64,000 bases of DNA, from NCBI GenBank assembly GCA_977862235.1, contig OZ374564.1:2480001-2544000 (forward strand), given 5' to 3'. Origin of the DNA: Dudresnaya verticillata (Eukaryota). Made by a program: the position numbers and the translations under genes. Positions 35,999 through 48,209 of this stretch are shown one piece after another. The notes beneath the pieces are model-generated. The model had not been told where the DNA came from. It searched no databases and saw nothing but the letters and a program-made list of their open reading frames with translations. The first letter of the stretch is position 1. The number at the start of each line of letters is the position of its first letter.

Positions 35999-36586
35999 AT
36001 GACGCGCGCCGCCATCTTTGTAGTGGTTCTCGCGCTGCTAAACGGGGCATTCGCTCTGAATGATGTTGCTACATGCAGTTACCAGACGTTGGTAACCAAG
36101 AAGTGCGGGGTTTCGCAGCCAGTACCGCATCCCGACTGCTGCTTCCGGTCCCCCAGTACGTGTGCTGTGCAGTACCTAGTGCGCGGTTCGTGGTCTTCCG
36201 AGGTGGAGGTGTTCCCATCCAAGAAGGTTTGCAAGGGGCTGTGCAAGAAGCACTTCAAGGCATGCAAGACGAAGTGCGGGTGCGCGATTCGGCGCAATGT
36301 GGTGAGGGACGGAAGGTTTTGCAAGTGCACGGTGAACGAGAACCTGGACGTGATCCTTAACCGGTGCCGTGCATTGTGCAATAGCGCCAAGAGCACCTGT
36401 ATTAAGAACTGCCAGGCGGCTAGGCCCTGCGCCACGGCCAAGACGACGATCCTTTTCGACTCGCAGTGGGGTGGTAAGTGTGGACGGATTCGGTGTTGTC
36501 CTGCTGCGGGTTGCGGACCGTTCATTGGTGCTCGACCGGCTGCTTGTCCCGTTTGTACGGGGGCGGTCTGTAAGTTCACAAGTTAG
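35999..36586 (+). CDS. Secreted cysteine-rich protein (195 aa, 24 Cys)
   Basis: Signal-peptide-like MTRAAIFVVVLALLNGAFA; two CX3CX6CX3C motifs; GC-rich third codon positions. Confidence 0.85.
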   Translation: MTRAAIFVVVLALLNGAFALNDVATCSYQTLVTKKCGVSQPVPHPDCCFRSPSTCAVQYLVRGSWSSEVEVFPSKKVCKGLCKKHFKACKTKCGCAIRRNVVRDGRFCKCTVNENLDVILNRCRALCNSAKSTCIKNCQAARPCATAKTTILFDSQWGGKCGRIRCCPAAGCGPFIGARPAACPVCTGAVCKFTS

Positions 36587-37742
36587 TAGGTCGGCGGGAC
36601 CGTGGGTGCCTACTTAGTTGCTAGTGGGTTGTTTGTTTGAAGGCGTTTCTATGCTGGTTAAATGCTCTGTGTCGGTAAGGTTGTTCAGCGCAAAGTATTT
36701 GAATGTCTCTTGGGAGGGAAAAGCTGCTAATAGGCATTAACGAATAGCTGAAGTAATTGTTTACTGAGGGAGGCGCGGATGCTGAACCATCTCGGGCCGT
36801 CATCTGCAGGTAGACAGCGCAAAGGACGAAAGAAAGTGTGTGTGTGCGTGTGTGAGAAGATTAGTTCACTCTACCCCGTTCTCTCCCTTTTCGCGCCGCG
36901 GAACAGCGCTACCCAAACAATATTACTTGACCCTTTCCTGGGTCACTAATGTTCTCCTACAAGCTCCACTCGTGCCCCCCTGGGCAGTCTTGCAGTAAGC
37001 AATCCTTGTTTCTACGCCTTACAGCAATGGCAAGGCAATGATCATCAAAGGAGGGAGATGGTCTTTTGCTCAGTATATACGGTCGGTACTATGGAAGGAC
37101 TAGCTCGAGAAAGAAATACTTGGCCACATTGGGAGGCGCAGAACAGCTCATGTACTGTAGTGCGAGGTACGAGCGAGGTACGAGCCGTCATAAGTAGAGT
37201 CGATTGGGCCATTGCGATTGACGCTTATATTGTATTACAGTGAATTTCGGGGTGCCGGCCAACGATTGGTCGCGGCGTCTTAAAAATATCTTGTTTTGCT
37301 CAACGAACGAGGGTACAGTAGTACTTGTACAGTACCGCGATTAGACGTATTCACACCGCTCGTGTAGCTTCTTCTCTCTCGAGACTCGCCAAGCCCTAGG
37401 CTCGAACTGCACAACTTCACTTGCGTCAGAGTAGAGCAGAGGAGGAGAGCACCAACGGTACCCACTTGGCCCTAGTCCCACAAACAGGAAAGTCCGTTGG
37501 TGCATTTCGCTCTAAAAGCCCAGTTGCAGGGCGCAGCGCCATATGATACATGACGCATGCTGCTCAGCGTGTGTACTCACTTTCCCAACCCAACCCTCGC
37601 ATCCCTACTACCACCATGTGCTTCAACTAGCATCCAAACCTTGCAAGCCACGCCCACAATCAGAATCTCCTTCGCACCCGGACCGTCCGGTCCCCCCGCA
37701 ATCCTGCCCTCTTCTCTCCGAACTCCCCTAACCAACAAAAAC

Positions 37743-38549
37743 ATGGCCTTCGAATCCTCCCCAGACGCCATAGCCGCCGTCTTGGAACGCGTGGCCGATC
37801 TCGAACAGTCAGTCTTCGGCAAGCTAGACTCAATTCGCTCCACCTCGTTCCGTCAAGCAGCCTTTGCGCCTCCTCCCGTCCACCGCCAGCTCGCCAACCC
37901 AGCCCCGCTCGGTCTGCTCGGCTTCGCAGTCGCATCCACAGTCTCCGGCGTTCTCAAGCTCTCCCCTGACAACTCTGCCTTTTTCGACGGTGTCTTCGCT
38001 GCCACCTCCTTCTTCATCGGTGGCATGGCCCAGATCATTGCAGCTTGCTTCCTCATTGTCCTCAACCATGCACACGCCGCAACCGCCTTCGGCATTTATG
38101 GCTTCCATTGGGCTACCACCGGCTTCATCTTCTTCTTCCGTTCCCTCACAGACCCAACCTTTCGCTCCACCCCGCGACCAGCAGCTTCCGTCGTCTACAA
38201 TCTCGCCTTCGTCGCCGTCACTGTCGTCTTGTGGGTTCCCACGTTTCGAATGAATCTCGTTCTCAACGCTACCTTCGTCGCCATTGCCCTCGTTTTTACT
38301 CTCGATGTTCTCACCGCGTATGGTTTCAGGGCTGCAGAAGTTGCGTCTGGCTTATGTCAATGTTGCGCGGGTGCCCTTGGGTTCTACGCTGCCTTGCTTG
38401 ATTTGGTCAACGAGGCTTGGCAACGACCTATCCTCCCCTTGTTTCCGCACAAAGAACATAAGGACGACTACAAGTCTGGTGCCGGTGTACTTCCGTATGT
38501 GCCCAAGCGAACCTACCACAAGTCAGCAATGTCTTCCATTCACTTGTAG
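37743..38549 (+). CDS. GPR1/FUN34/YaaH (Ady2/SatP-like) acetate/ammonium transporter
   Basis: Family signature ANPAPLGLLGF, GGMAQ and YGFHW; about six hydrophobic helices. Confidence 0.93.
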   Translation: MAFESSPDAIAAVLERVADLEQSVFGKLDSIRSTSFRQAAFAPPPVHRQLANPAPLGLLGFAVASTVSGVLKLSPDNSAFFDGVFAATSFFIGGMAQIIAACFLIVLNHAHAATAFGIYGFHWATTGFIFFFRSLTDPTFRSTPRPAASVVYNLAFVAVTVVLWVPTFRMNLVLNATFVAIALVFTLDVLTAYGFRAAEVASGLCQCCAGALGFYAALLDLVNEAWQRPILPLFPHKEHKDDYKSGAGVLPYVPKRTYHKSAMSSIHL

Positions 38550-39571
38550 CGCGATGCGGTTTGGGATGCGGTTTGGGTGGGAGTTCTGTGGTTTGCTTTT
38601 GACTTTCCTCTTGAAGGTTTGCCAACTGCCTGAATGACGGAAGACATTCTTTTTGAGCGGTGTGCGGCTCACTCCTCCTCTGCCTTTTTCAAACACGGTC
38701 ATGGGCCTTATTTTCTTGAGAACATGAGGTGCATTTGACCAGATAAATCGCATGTCAATGTTGATTTCGGAAAGGGTTGTTTTCCGGGATTTGCGTTTCA
38801 AGTTTCTTCAACACTATCATGTCGAGGAGGATGGTTCTCTCAGGGACCCAAAAGAAGAAACTATTCGAATATTCTTGAGAGTTGGGCTTGATGCTGGGTA
38901 GAGCAACAACCCTGCATTTCATCTGTTGGATGAGAAAGTGAACGAAATACTTTGACATCTAACAATGTGCAATGCATCCTTTTAGCACCAAGTGTTGAAT
39001 GGTGTATGGGAGCTGTTGAACCTGTTGCCTTGTTTACCTAAGCTATCGGTAGCAGTGCCAGCTTACCCTTTATGTTGTCTTCTAACCCTACTGGTAATCA
39101 CGGCAACCTACTGCCCTTTGTAGAGAACCGTTGCCAAGTGGCACTACAGGCTTACTAGCTTGAAGCTTTTGTTATGCAATTTAGAATTGTCAGCTCTACT
39201 CTAATCCAAGAAGATGTTCCGTTGCAGGAACAACTTCTTCTGTTGAAGACGTAACATCTTCAAGCCTGTCCCCGGAGATAGATGTTTTGAACTACCATGT
39301 CCCCGGGGGTAGTTGTTCTGAGGGCATAGCGGTTTGGGCTACTGTAGAAGATACCGTTTACGAATAGAACAGCTACTTTATCCATACCGTTTAGAATCAG
39401 CAGTAGTGCTGTTCTTTATCAAACGCATAGAGTAGGCTCGGAGCTTTGGAGCAAGCGGCTCCGTAATAGAATATAAAAGCTCCGCCCTTTTCTCTCTCGA
39501 GGAAGAAAAGGGCAGAGGTCTTCGCATTGCAGCAAAAACAAGACAGCACCCAACAATCCAAGGAGGAAGTG

Positions 39572-39697
39572 TTTATACCTTACAATTAGAACTGCACCAA
39601 TGTCGACAATTACAAACGCGTTATACCTTACAATTAGAACTGCACCAATGTCGACAATTACAAACGCGCCAGTGTCTACAATTAGACATGCGCCAGT
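39572..39697 (+). repeat. Minisatellite (48-bp unit built from ~24-bp subunits)
   Basis: TTATACCTTACAATTAGAACTGCACCAATGTCGACAATTACAAACGCG x2 plus a partial copy. Confidence 0.85.
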
Positions 39698-40239
39698 GTT
39701 CAAAATGTGGGTCTAGCAGGCAAGCCACAGTTAGACTTCAACACCAAGATTGACATTAAGGCCATTGTGGGTGCTCAACATCGAGTACCCCTTGTTCCAT
39801 TTGAGCTCAAAACGTTCACATGTACAATTCTGTCAGGTGGAACAGTCGGGTACCGTGTTCCGGGTGCGGTGTTCCCTGAGGGCACAAATACCCAGCTCTT
39901 GTAAACGCTTGACTTTTCATGTTCAGCCCGTGTTTTAAAATGTCCCACAGAGCAAGATTGGTGCTAGTGACGGATCTGTATGCTTGGAGTTCGGGGTGGG
40001 GGGTATTGAAACTTCCAGGAAGGATTAAGGCCTTGCTTTGTGCGGATGCCGCATATCTCTTCAATAAAATGTCGCGACAAGCCCGATGTTTCTCATTCCC
40101 CATGCTGGATCTCTTATAAACCAGAATTGCTGAAACTTAAATCACCGGTGAGCTTGACATCGTCGCCTACTGCTGGTAACAGGTCTTGGGCATTATTAAA
40201 AGTGAAGTAACATGATTGCATTTCGAGGCACGAAGAAGA

Positions 40240-41150
40240 TATCTATTATCGAGAGGCTCGAGAAAGTGTAACGTGGACCACTTGTCCTGAGACAAGGTGT
40301 TTGTATGATGACCAAATTCTGGTCGGGAAACTGCTCAGCGCCCCGTCCTCTTGAGAGCGTCTGCTTCGCTTCTTTGTGATGACGCCCTCAAGATCAAGAT
40401 GCCCTCTTTGACACTCTCGAACTTGGTGACGCACTTTCGTCGTGCGTTACTGTCGAGCCTGCAGACAATCCAGTTTCAAGCGCAATTGCCTGAACCTTGA
40501 CACAAGCTTCCTTTACAGGACGCCTTTATAAGAAAATCATGGACTCCTGCACCCTGTCGCTAGGCTTCTCTGAGTTTTTGTTTCCGGCCCTCCCATCCCT
40601 GTGAGAACACGGTGTTCTCCAAGTTTCTCTGCTCCTCGCAACCTTAGGACGCGATTTTGTTCTGTATTCATAGCAGTAACCTTTTCCAGTGGTTGGGAAT
40701 AGGGTCAGCAGGAGCCGTGGTTGTTCGTGTACATCTACCTGGTGCATCCGGACCGCCCAATCCTCTGAACCAGGCAGGCTGCTTGTCAAAGCTTCGTTGA
40801 TGACCAGTTCTGCTTAAGTACTTGAGTGCCTTATGTACTGTTCTAGTGTCCTGGAAGATAGCGGAGATACATGGAGCATATTCATTCTATTGCACTGCCA
40901 ACTGATTCGGAGAGATTTTCAGTTGGTGTACCAATCGCTATACACACTTGAAAAGTCATGTTAAGAGCAGCGAGCCTGCCTAACGTCCTCAAATCAGAAC
41001 TGCTGGGTTGCAAGAATACAAGCGCTCCGAAACGGTATCTTTTGGACGCAGTATGAATTTCTACACAGAGGACTTGCTTCGTCGGACAGTTCTGAGTTGC
41101 ACCTCGTTCCTGGATGGCTGCGATAACGATGCTAGAGCCGTCGGCTACAG
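40240..41150 (-). mobile_element. Eroded Ty1/Copia RT-RNase H remnant
   Basis: VHKALKYLSRT, SEDWA, QAIAL and HQVRECQRGHLDL occur in Copia order. Confidence 0.5.
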
Positions 41151-41280
41151 CAGTCATCCCGACCTATAAGAGAACCCGGCCGAAGACAACCATCGCTTTC
41201 CCGGCAAGTTCTTTCCTTCGTTCTCAACCCAGTTGCGAACAAAGGATTTCCGTCACTCCGACAGGCGAACCACTCAAACA

Positions 41281-41724
41281 ATGACCGAACCCAACCCTTC
41301 TCGTGAACCCAACGCTACATCAACTACTCTCTCAATTGCTGCCGTAACGCCCAACGACTATGCTGCGCTTGTCAATCACCCGCTTGCTTCTGGTATGGTG
41401 GTTCGTAGGGCTTTGTGTCCTCGCTCCAGCCCTGTTCTCAACGAGGTAGGTTTCTTCAAATCTGAGACTAGGCTCTACCTGGAGACCTACCGAAAGGATC
41501 GTCGCAATGCAAAGGATCTTGAATATATTCATTCAACCGGCTGCTGGTTTTAACAGGCTCTGGCCACTCTATCTCTCCTCTCCTCGGAAAGAGATGTCGC
41601 CAAGCAGTCCCGTCTACTTCCACTCCTCGACGAAGGTCTTGATGGTGCTCAGGAAGTCCTCGCGATGTGGAGTGTTCATTTCAAGACTGCGCTGTCCACG
41701 TGACAGCCTGGTGCTATAGGACAG
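41281..41724 (+). pseudogene. Unknown ORF remnant (MTEPNPSREP...) interrupted by LTR F
   Basis: Protein-like frame continues through one stop at 41551-41553; origin not recognised. Confidence 0.25.
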
Positions 41725-42604
41725 TGTAGTGCAAGGGGAGGGCTGCCCCTTTTTCGCTTTGAACGTATTATATGCCAACGTCTACCGACGGCACTTCAAC
41801 CGCCGTTGGCGCGCGAACACGTCATGGACGATTGGCCCACGGGCATACGGCCGCCGTTGCCCCGCGCGGCGCGGCGCACAGGCGGACTGTACGGGCAGAT
41901 CCGGATGCATTATCCCGATCGCCAAGGCGCAAGGCGCACGCCTGTAAGCTTGACCTGGATCCGGATCGGATCCGAATGGGACATCGGGATCCGACATCGG
42001 GATCCACGGTGACTTAAGGAGGGCGCCTGTAATAACCGAGCGCCAGCAATGCTGGCGGGGATCTGGATCCGAATCCGGATCACCCGCACTTCTACACGCA
42101 TGCTCCCGTAAGTCACCTATTTCTCGCACGCACGCCTGTAAACTGCTCCCGAGCTCCCGCGCACGCGGCTGCATGGCGACGACGACGTGTCAGACACTCG
42201 ACAGCGCGACACGCGTCCTGAGTTCTTGCGCACCGCGCCCACCGCCGTCGCCCACGTAGTATATTAGGTAATCCGTCTGAGACGCTGAGTAAACCCCGGA
42301 CAAGTCGGTCTTGGTCCAGACTTCCCTGTTCCGCACGCGCGTACACTACCGCTGCCTACGGCCTAAGCGTCCACCTCCCGTTCTTCCACGCTTATCACCG
42401 TCTTTGACGTGTTTCTTTTATGTTCCCTTTTCCCTTCCTTGCCGCCTCGGGCGTCTACAGTCCGCCCAAGGCGTGTCCACCGCTCTACCACAAGCCGCCT
42501 AAGACGAGTCTACTCACCGCCACGGGCGCAGCTACCCACCGAGCCCCGAACTGCTCGGCGGTGTTCCGTCTTCAGACGTTTGAAACACATCTGGTCTTCC
42601 AAGC
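41725..42604 (+). mobile_element. 5' LTR (41725-42589) and PBS (42592-42604) of element F
   Basis: TGTAGTGCAA...AAACACA followed by TC-TGGTCTTCCAAGC; inverted homologue of 43168-44064; GGATCC-rich core. Confidence 0.8.
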
Positions 42605-42644
42605 TAGAATTCTGCTACGTTTCAACGACTGACTTCGTCGTGTG

Positions 42645-44200
42645 TGTAGTAGAATGGCTTTCAAGCCAGAGTAGACGGCCACACATCACGACAGCTGTCC
42701 TGAAAGCGTGATCCCACTCGCGTGGTTGTTTGCTCGAAAAAAGGTGGTAGAGACTTGAGAGGGCGGCAAGCCCTGCAACATAGGGGGAAAGGGAAGGCGA
42801 ACCGTACTGCTTAGAGCAGTCGTCGTAGGTAGCACGGCTTGTAAACGCCTAACGGGGGTTGTAGCGGTGATACCGTGAGAGTCCAACAAAGGGAAAAAAC
42901 CCAAGGCACACACCGCTGCCCGTTTACTGCGGGGCCCCTGCTACTCAGGGGGCTAATAAATACGGCGGGGGCCGGAAAGATACTACCCGCTCAGTGAGAG
43001 CTATACTTCTAACAGTGAGCTAATACTGCACACTAACAGTTATACTTAGCGGTTAAAAATAGGAATGAGCGGTCACACCGCTTCCGTACGTACGGCGCCA
43101 TCGTAAGACGCCGCGCCCAAAATAGGCGTGAAATCATGGTGCATATCCAACACTCAGCGCGCAAAGTTGTGGTGCAAACGTCTGTGACGGTATACCGCCG
43201 AGCAGTTCGGGGCTCGGTGGGTAGCTGCGCCCGTGGGGGTGAGTAGGCTCGCCTTGGGCGACTTGTGGTAGAGCAAAGGATACGCCTTGGGCGGACTGTA
43301 AACGCCCGAGGCGGAAGGGAAAAGGGAACAGAAAGGAAACACGTCAAGGACGGGGATAGACGTGGAAGCACGGGAGGTAGACGCTTGAGCCGTAGGCAGC
43401 GGTAGGATACGCGCGTGCGGAACGGGGAAGTCTGGACCAAGGCAGGCTTGCCCGAGCGTTTACTGTTACGTCCGGGACGGCTTACCTAAGTATAGTACGG
43501 CGGTGCGGCGGCGGCGGTGCGTGTGCGTAGCGTGGGAACTCGGTACACGTGTCGTCCCGAGGCGCGTCTGACAGATCACCCATCGCATGCAGCCGCGCGC
43601 CTGACAGGTTGCCGTGCAACCCCCTTTGTGGGTGCTTACATACACACGTGGACGCGTGTGCCTTACAGCTGTGCGCGCGCGTGTACTGTAGAGCGCGCGC
43701 CTTGGATCTAATCCGATACTTGTTCGATCCCGATCCCATCCGGATCCGGCCAGCAATGCGAACACCCGCAGCCTTACAGGCGCGTATCTTACAGCTCAGG
43801 CGATCCAGATAGCCAATCTGGATACCGGATCCGGATCCCATCTGGATCCGTATTACAGTGCCCCGGGGCGCCACGTCGGCCCATCACCGTACAGTGCCCG
43901 CGTGGCGCGCGGCGCGCAGTGTGCGCGCGCGCCCCAGTAAGCTGTCGATGACGTGTTCGCGCGCCAACGGCGGTGGTGAGCGCCGGTGGCGGTTTCTACG
44001 TCGGTCGAGGTATTTGTTGCTGCCCGCTTTCAGCGAAAAAGGGCTCACCTCCCCTTGCACCACAAAAGTGCTCACGCAGTAAGTTGTCCAATGGAAAGCA
44101 GCCATCTCACTCCTGTGTCCCACGCCTTACAGGCGTCGCGTGTACACGTGGCTCCTTACAGCGCCTCAGCGCTCGTTATACCACACGGCCCCCTTCTTAA
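42645..44200 (-). mobile_element. 3' LTR of element E (42645-43167 plus 44070-44185) and PPT (44189-44200)
   Basis: TGTAGTA...TACCACA termini; minus-strand TTAAGAAGGGGG precedes the LTR; split by solo LTR G. Confidence 0.8.
43168..44064 (-). mobile_element. Solo LTR G (F family) with 5-bp target site duplication
   Basis: 10-bp TIR TGTGGTGCAA/TTGCACCACA, flanked by AAAGT at 43163-43167 and 44065-44069. Confidence 0.93.
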
Positions 44201-44860
44201 GACTGAGCGACCGCGCTCAGTAGAGAGCTGTACAGCGATACTGTTTCCAAGGCCGGTGGCCGTTGAGATTGAGATCTCGAGCCGTTCATTGGCCCGGCGC
44301 GCGCGTTGTGCAAACGCCTCCCAGTGTCCCATCGCTACGAGGCGCCAGGTCACTATGTTCACGGTTTGAGCCGTCGGCGCCGAAGCGACCGGTATCTATT
44401 GCGCGAAACGCCAGACGGGCGCGCACTTATTTCAACGCCGGCTTGCAGCCATCTTTTCGTGTTCGGTGCCCACAGCCACCAACAGCCGTAACTCTTCACC
44501 GGACCGCCCGGCTTCTGCTCCTTGCATCCGCCCCGCGTGAGCGCGTTCATCATCCGCGGTTCTCACCGTTGCGCACCGTCGCCCAGCATCGAGCCCTACG
44601 ACCTCCGCCGTGCGCACCCCGCTCTTCCCGGCTCACAGCCTTTTCTCAGGTCGTGCTCGTCAGTCTCTGGACTTGGCTCTGGAGCCGATATTCAGGCAGA
44701 AGAACGGCTTTAGCGCCGTAGGAGTAACCAAGTCGCGCTCACGACCCTTCAGGGTCAGTTCTGGAGCCGACGCTAATCAGGAGAAAAGGTCGCCGAACCT
44801 TAGAAGACGCGATCCGGAAACGACTTCGAAGCCGTTGGCATTCTTGCACATTAAATCGAG

Positions 44861-46351
44861 ATGGCGCCGCCACACTTGGCGTATGGAGCCGCAGGCTCTA
44901 GTGCGAATGTCTTGGGACATGAGGTGGACGCGGCGGGTGTGCCGATAGCGATCTCCCACAGCCGCGACTGGCTCTTGAGTACTGACTTAACACATCTAAA
45001 GATGCGGGCGGGAGCTAGTCGCGAGGAGGTCCGCCGCATTGGGGGGAGGATGGCTCAGAGCCGGGTTGAGAAACGCCTCATGCGCACGCGTGTTGGCATC
45101 TTGACCGGTACCAACCGGTTCCTCCCGCGCCTTGATGGCGACGCAGACCCCCTGCAATGGGAACTTGCCTATGTGCGCTTCCGGTATGAGATTGCGTCGA
45201 GCAATGCGCTGAAGCAGAAGTTAACTTCGCAGGCCGCCCTTTTGTATGAGATTCACCAGGGTGGAGAGTGGGACCTTCGACTCGTCATGCATGAGCGTCC
45301 ACTCATTCGGAAGGGGAGGCATAACTTCCCGTATACAATGGCCCGCGTGGTGCGGTGGGATGAGTCATCCAACTTAACATACGCCCTGGATAACCCCCAG
45401 ACGGCTATGCCGTTGGAGCATTCCCGCTTCGAGCGAAAGCAACGCCACAAAACAGGGTGTCTCATCCCTTGCCATTGCCAAGAGGTGACGGCTATCAAGC
45501 CGGAGTGGTATAACGGGAAGTATCCGCAAGTACCTGATGACCGCAAGAACTTCGAGGTTTCGTACTCCATGCCAGGCGGTACTCCGACAATTATCGCGTA
45601 CCTTGGTCTAGAGATGATGGCGAAAACCATAGATGACAGCGTGCTCTGGAACATTTATCGCCATGAGTGGGTCGTTCTCGTCACTCAGACGCTGGTGTAT
45701 GAGGCGTGTCGCGGCATGCTATATTTCATCTGCCAACCATTGCGGGCAGCAATTCAGGAGTTAGGCCTCAAGGACTTAACTGCTGACGCAGCAGACGAAA
45801 AGGACTTAGACGCTCTGCTCATCTTTGTCGAACGTATTAGCTGGAGCGAAGTTACCAAGCGCAACCGACATCTACCAGATAACACTGGTCATCTGACGCC
45901 GGTTTACAACCGTGGGGACTGGGTCGGTTTTGATCCACAGAAGTGGCACGCGATGTTACCGGAATATCTTATAAAGCCGGAGCCATCCGAGGCGAATCCG
46001 CTCATCCTTGACGAGGGCACTCGTATGACCGGAGTGACAGCCGGGTGGGTTTGTTCCCGTTGGCGTGAGCCGGGTCCCGAAGCCCCCGAGCACTTTCCCG
46101 TTTTCGACGAGACGGTCGACGGGCAGTTCCAGGGACCTCATGCTCCTGCGGCTACGGGATTCTCCAAAGCGGACCACGTCATACGAGACGTCTTTAACCG
46201 ACGTGGGTTAGCCATTAGGCTAGCATGCCATTGGAACCTTCGACACCTCAATGTGCACAGCCTCGCGGACTGGGTTGAAGAAGCGATGGTGGACAACGAG
46301 TCCAATTGGCTTCAGATGCCTGGGTCGTTTGACCAGCTAGAGCGTCTGTGA
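44861..46351 (+). CDS. Antisense accessory protein of element E (C-terminally truncated)
   Basis: 496 open codons, homologous along their length to 14895-17126; faces away from E's PPT/3' LTR. Confidence 0.85.
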   Translation: MAPPHLAYGAAGSSANVLGHEVDAAGVPIAISHSRDWLLSTDLTHLKMRAGASREEVRRIGGRMAQSRVEKRLMRTRVGILTGTNRFLPRLDGDADPLQWELAYVRFRYEIASSNALKQKLTSQAALLYEIHQGGEWDLRLVMHERPLIRKGRHNFPYTMARVVRWDESSNLTYALDNPQTAMPLEHSRFERKQRHKTGCLIPCHCQEVTAIKPEWYNGKYPQVPDDRKNFEVSYSMPGGTPTIIAYLGLEMMAKTIDDSVLWNIYRHEWVVLVTQTLVYEACRGMLYFICQPLRAAIQELGLKDLTADAADEKDLDALLIFVERISWSEVTKRNRHLPDNTGHLTPVYNRGDWVGFDPQKWHAMLPEYLIKPEPSEANPLILDEGTRMTGVTAGWVCSRWREPGPEAPEHFPVFDETVDGQFQGPHAPAATGFSKADHVIRDVFNRRGLAIRLACHWNLRHLNVHSLADWVEEAMVDNESNWLQMPGSFDQLERL

Positions 46352-47490
46352 TCAACGCCAGGCGTTGTTAATGCCACAAGGGCGTCATTCCTCGACTGGT
46401 CAACTTCTTGGGAAAGCGTTCACACAGTATCGTGGACTTCCTGGACACGCTCGACCAGCGAATTAACTGGAATGCGAAGCGTCGCGAGTCCTTCCTCTTG
46501 CGGGATGCCGGGGTTTCCAAGACGAATTCGAGACAACATCACCTCTTGACATCTGGTCAGTACTTCCTCATTCTGGCCAACGGCCGACTCATCGATATAA
46601 CGTTTGATTCTCGAGAGTGACTCGTCCACCTGGACTTCTAAAGCTGCTGCCAGCTCGGGACCGACCGTCCGTTCTATTCCATCTTGGATCACCTTCCGAT
46701 CTCTTGCTCCGTGAAGCACCGTTCGTCGGAAGAATTGGCCTTCGTCCGGATAGGCATCCCAATGTCCGGGGGAAGGCTTGACTCGGTCGGAGTGAATCCT
46801 CGGGTGTTTACCGACAGCGGCAACATGCCCGTAGACTCAGGCGTTCGGGTATTGCGATCCATACTTTCACTCGAGACTTTAATACTCGCTTCTACTCGAG
46901 GTGTAATGGTTGCAACCCGTTCTTCTTCGTTCAAGGCCTGGTCTCCGCCGGAGCCGGGCAATTCTTCTTGAGCTATCCGAGCCGATAACTCCATTTCTTC
47001 AGGCACGCTTCCCGCTTGATCACGGGGAGGACGTCCCAGGGTACCCGATGAGGGGCTGCGAACTAAGGCGGTTACTGCCATAGTTTCACGGGTGATCACC
47101 CCGGTCAGCCGGACGGAAGATAAGCTCGCCGTTTGGCTGTTGGTGCGACGATCTGTGAGGCCAGATCGCGTGGTTTCGCCATTTGAGGTAGGCATGGCGC
47201 CTGAGTACACTTACTCGCCCGTTTTCGGCTTGATAGCTGCCCGTGGGAGTATACCGTTCCGGACGGACAGATGAACGAGCCGTAGCTTTCGGATGTGCCG
47301 ATGAGGGCGGGGGACAGTTTCCCCCAGGCTTTCACTGTACAGTCCGTACTTCTCTTGTTTTCCGTCTTTACCTTGACGCTTCTTGGGGAATCGTCCCGTG
47401 GTTGAAGCGGTTGAAACCAGAAAATTCGAAAAGATTGTAGCAACAATGGAAGGGAACCGACCTAAAAACGATTCTAGGTCGGGAGACCAC
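46352..47490 (-). mobile_element. 5' part of element D: gag-like fragment, PBS (47404-47419), LTR stub (47436-47490)
   Basis: Minus-strand ORFs 46689-47210 and 46420-46719 lie downstream of a TGG-type PBS; abrupt junction with E. Confidence 0.5.
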
Positions 47491-48209
47491 TGTAGCAGTA
47501 TGGCACCGGCCAGGAACAGCAAAGAACAAGAAAGGAAGCTGTCCGATATCACACGCTAATGGGTGGTAGCTCGAAGGAGGTTTGGTAGAGGCTTGAATGG
47601 AGGCGAGCCCTGATGGCCCGAAAGGGGCGTGTGGAAGCACGGTAAAGACTCGGCGCGACCAACTGAGGGAAAATATAGAGGTGGCGACCCGGTACTTCGT
47701 AGAGTACTTGTCCTACGATTTCCGGGCCTGTACTGGACGACCCCTGCAGGCGCGGAGCGTCCGAACGACCAAAACGTGAACACTTTCCGAACAACTCCGC
47801 TGAGCGTTTATTCTGAAGGCGCCGGCTATTCCGGCGCCCATAAGTAGGGCTTGACCGCCGAAAAGTCTATCAGCCCAGAAGGGGGTCTAAGTTAGTCTAT
47901 GATTATAGTTACGTACCTTATTACAGTCAGTACGATGTAAATAAGGGAATGCGTTCCAGTTAGGGAACTTGGTGGCGGGTGCGCCGGTGTTCAATCCAGA
48001 TGTGGAAGAATGAGCCGCAGCAGAGTGCTGGCACACTGTCAGTCATGTGTGCGCATTAAGGTGTAAGACGCCCACTCGCATCAAACTGTAAGGCGCGCAC
48101 AAGCGCCGTGCGCTGTAAGGACGATGCGCCCCGCTGGCGTCCCTGTTCGTACCAAAATTGATGGCAAAGTGCCATTGGTCAGTTTATTGTGACCGCTCAC
48201 GCGGCCCGA
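47491..48209 (-). mobile_element. X-family LTR, copy 2
   Basis: Duplicate of 285-1003. Confidence 0.65.

Noticed and set aside
42645..48209. E and D as one internally deleted element
   Set aside because: The LTR next to D's PBS (TGTAGCAACAATGG...) does not match E's 3' LTR, so they are treated as a fusion of two elements.
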